This document shows, one piece after another, positions 61,566-64,000 of a DNA stretch of 64,000 nt. Origin of the DNA: Octopus sinensis (taxonomy: Eukaryota); the NCBI RefSeq assembly GCF_006345805.1, contig NC_043001.1, forward strand, positions 104,346,001-104,410,000. The letters run 5' to 3'. The notes beneath the pieces are model-generated. The model worked only from the letters and a program-made list of their open reading frames with translations, did no database searches and was not told the DNA's origin. The stretch's first letter is position 1. Every line of letters begins with the position of its first letter. The translations under genes and the position numbers were made by a program.

Positions 61566-63524
61566 CTGCATGCATTTAAAATTTTTTCCTGATACATTCC
61601 TGCAAAAGAAATAAACACACATCTTCATTTCACCATCATCACTATCATCAAAAAGAACGGCTATGGTTTCATATATGTATAAAAAAACATTATTTACATC
61701 AGACGGGTATTTGTTTTCATCTTGTTTGTTGTTAACACAATGTTTTGGTTGATATACCCTCAAGCCTTCATCAAGTGTCTTGCAGAAATATCAAACCTGG
61801 GTTCTCATTCCTAATGTATTTTTTGATGTTATTATTATTATTCAGGTCACTGCCTGGGATTGAACTTGGAATCTTGGGGTTAGTAGCCCGCGCTCTTAAC
61901 CACTACACCATATGCCAGTGGGCATATCCGTCATATGTAAATAATGTACATAATTTCTCTTTTCTTAATAAAACTGTATAAAAAAAGTTTCCATGTGTCT
62001 TAAACAAGCCATGTTGATGGTACTTGCAAACCTGCAGACACTATAGAGAACTAGTAATGCTCCTTGGTAAAAATGCTATGTCAAAGATTACTGGTACTTT
62101 TCAAATATCACTGGGCTAAAAGTTCTCAAGAACAGAGCACTTAATTTGTTGCCATTGGTATCCAGAGATTCCTTGAAGAATGTCATCAATTTACCCTGCT
62201 ACTAGTTCGTTAGTTCTCTATAAATTACCAATGTAAAAATTCCACCAGTTGCATTATTCAACAGGTGGGTAGCTGTGAGCATTTGACAACATTCCTGATG
62301 CCAGGCACTAACTACTGGATGCAGTTTAAAATCATACGCAGAATTTTTAGTTAGATATGAGATTGTATCAAAATATTCATGGACTAGTTCTGCAGTATGC
62401 CAACAGATGGCAACACATGACTGCATGCACAGTGACAGCCAGCAATGACTTTTATGAGGCAGTGTGCCAAGTGACATTGCTGTGTTTTCCTCACAAGTTG
62501 TGAAAATTGTGTTTTTGTGATCATGCGTATGTTGTAGTCTGCAATTTTTGTCAGGGACAGGAAGTTGGCACAAAGAGCTAATGTGAAATTTTGTGTTGAA
62601 CTTGGGAAGTCTGCTACAGAGACTTACAGTGATGGCAAGCTTACAGTGATGGTGAAACAGGCCATGCGCAATGTTTCAAGTGGCACAAGCACTTCTGAAG
62701 GGATGACAGAGCTACATCTCAATCAAGAGCATGTTCATCATTTTGTTGATATATATGGTATTGTGCATTGAGAATTTGTCCACCAGGGCTGGACCATTGA
62801 GAGTTCTACTGCAACATTTTGAAGCATTTGAGGGAGAACACTTCACACAAGAAACTGGATCAGTAGAGCGTTAAGAATTGGATCCTTCACGACGACAATG
62901 CACCCTGTCACTGAGCTCTCCTCACTCGTGTGTGTCCCACCAAAAATTGCTTCTACACCTGCCCCATTGACCAGATTTAGCACCTATGGACTTTATCTCT
63001 TCCCCAAGATGAAAATGCAGGTCAAAGGTCACCGTTTTTGAGATCAAGAGCGAGTTGCAGAAGGTCCTCAAGTTGTTAATGGAAAACGACTTCCAGACTG
63101 GATTCCAAAAGTGGTAGGAATGCTGGGATCAGTGTACTGCAGTGCAAGTTGACTATTTTGAAGAAGGTGATGTTAAAACTTTGGTAAATAAGTTATATTT
63201 TATTAAACATAACTAGTCTGGGAACTCTTTGACACCACCTTGAAAATAGAAATATAATGGTGTAATAAGCTAAAGTAGGACTTACTGAAGTGGAAATACT
63301 GAATATACAATTCATTATCTCTTACATCAACCTTGCTAGGGATTCTCTTGCTATTTTCTGCTTATACATCCTTATATCATTATCATTTATACATCAATGT
63401 CTTCTCATTTAATTAAGAATAAAAATGAAATTTAAAAAAGAAGTTATGAAATTATTTACTTAGCTTCTCTTTTGAGAATACCGTTTGGAAGGTTACGTAT
63501 CTCCTCTGCAAAGTCTCTATATTC
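61566..63524 (-). CDS. Cassette U1 of tandem exon array: exon X 63524-63460 + exon Z 61599-61566; EYRDFAEEIRNLPNGILKREAK|NVSGKNFKCMQ (no T exon found)
   Basis: ttttctag|GAATAT...GCTAA|gtaaat (65 nt, phase 0>2); ttcttttgcag|GAATGT...ATGCAG|gttagt (34 nt, phase 2>0). Open frame across the junction, homologous to the other cassettes. Confidence 0.65.
61830..61920 (-). mobile_element. Short tRNA-derived SINE with (TAA)n tail
   Basis: Reverse strand: ggcatatggtgtagtggttaagagcgcgggctactaaccccaagattccaagttcaatccc...aataataataa. Confidence 0.7.
62358..63241 (+). mobile_element. Internally deleted mariner (second family)
   Basis: QRANVKFCVELGKSATET, WILHDDNAPCH and DLAPMDF..FPKMK remnants; TIRs at both ends. 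Confidence 0.85.
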
Positions 63525-64000
63525 CTAGAAAAGTTTACAATAAAAACATTTGTTGTAAATTTATGATAAAAGTTTTGTTTAGGTGTTCAAATTGATGTGG
63601 GCTGGTGTGTGGGGCGAGTTGTGGAGATGAGGAATGAAAATATGTTTCTTGGATTGTGTGAAGTAACTGAACAACACCCACAAACATTTAATAGAAGATT
63701 TTATTGTCACACATTAAGTCAAAACTATGTTAGTCTTTTCCAGATAACAACAGTAATAATTACATATTGGGAGAAAGATACTGCTCAGAGTTTATGGCAA
63801 GCCATTGATACAGTAACATGTGGCTTGCCCAACATAACAAGAAACAATTATGCTATATCCATAGTGACAGAGGTTCCTGCCATCTGATGTGATAAGAATA
63901 GAGACACATCTCACTCAGCTGTGTCAACATTCTGCAATTAATTACTGCTAAAAGAAGCCTTTTTATAAGGCTCAGATTAGCTTCATGCTCTTGCTTGATG

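Noticed and set aside
61838-61915. tRNA-like sequence
   Set aside because: It lacks a proper acceptor stem and runs into a (TAA)n tail; it is a SINE head, as are the other tRNA-like starts.
12856-63524. Assignment of the array to known octopus expansions (protocadherins, C2H2 zinc fingers, chemotactile receptors, S-crystallins, reflectins)
   Set aside because: None of their diagnostic motifs or long exons is present, so no gene symbol is given.

Overview
AT-rich, microsatellite-dense eukaryotic DNA. The SINE, RTE and mariner repertoire looks like an octopus or other cephalopod; this is inferred from repeat style, not a database match. Much of the window is decayed mobile elements: RTE LINEs and their (GAT)n-tailed 3'UTR fragments, CR1/L2-like, Tx1/L1-like, a Penelope-like RT-GIY-YIG element, two mariner families, TTAA piggyBac-type MITEs and several tRNA-derived SINE families. 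No intact long gene ORF, tRNA/rRNA gene or CRISPR array is visible. The ORF track misses the main signal: a minus-strand tandem array of seven small spliced cassettes. Each has exon X (59-65 nt, phase 0 to 2) and, in six of seven, an intact 34-nt exon Z (phase 2 to 0); four also have a stop-containing exon T. All have canonical AG/GT sites and compatible phases. The X+Z consensus is roughly xYxxFxxx[ILMV]xxxPxxIxRxxAxxLxxxxF. Between sister cassettes the coding exons are only about 50-70% identical while adjacent introns are about 90-95% identical, the pattern expected of strong diversifying selection. A CpG/CRE-rich promoter-like patch lies inside the array near 60.3 kb, and further phase-compatible minus-strand exons lie at 11.3, 4.4, 1.4 and 0.8 kb. 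All gene structure is predicted by eye from splice motifs and has no transcript support.
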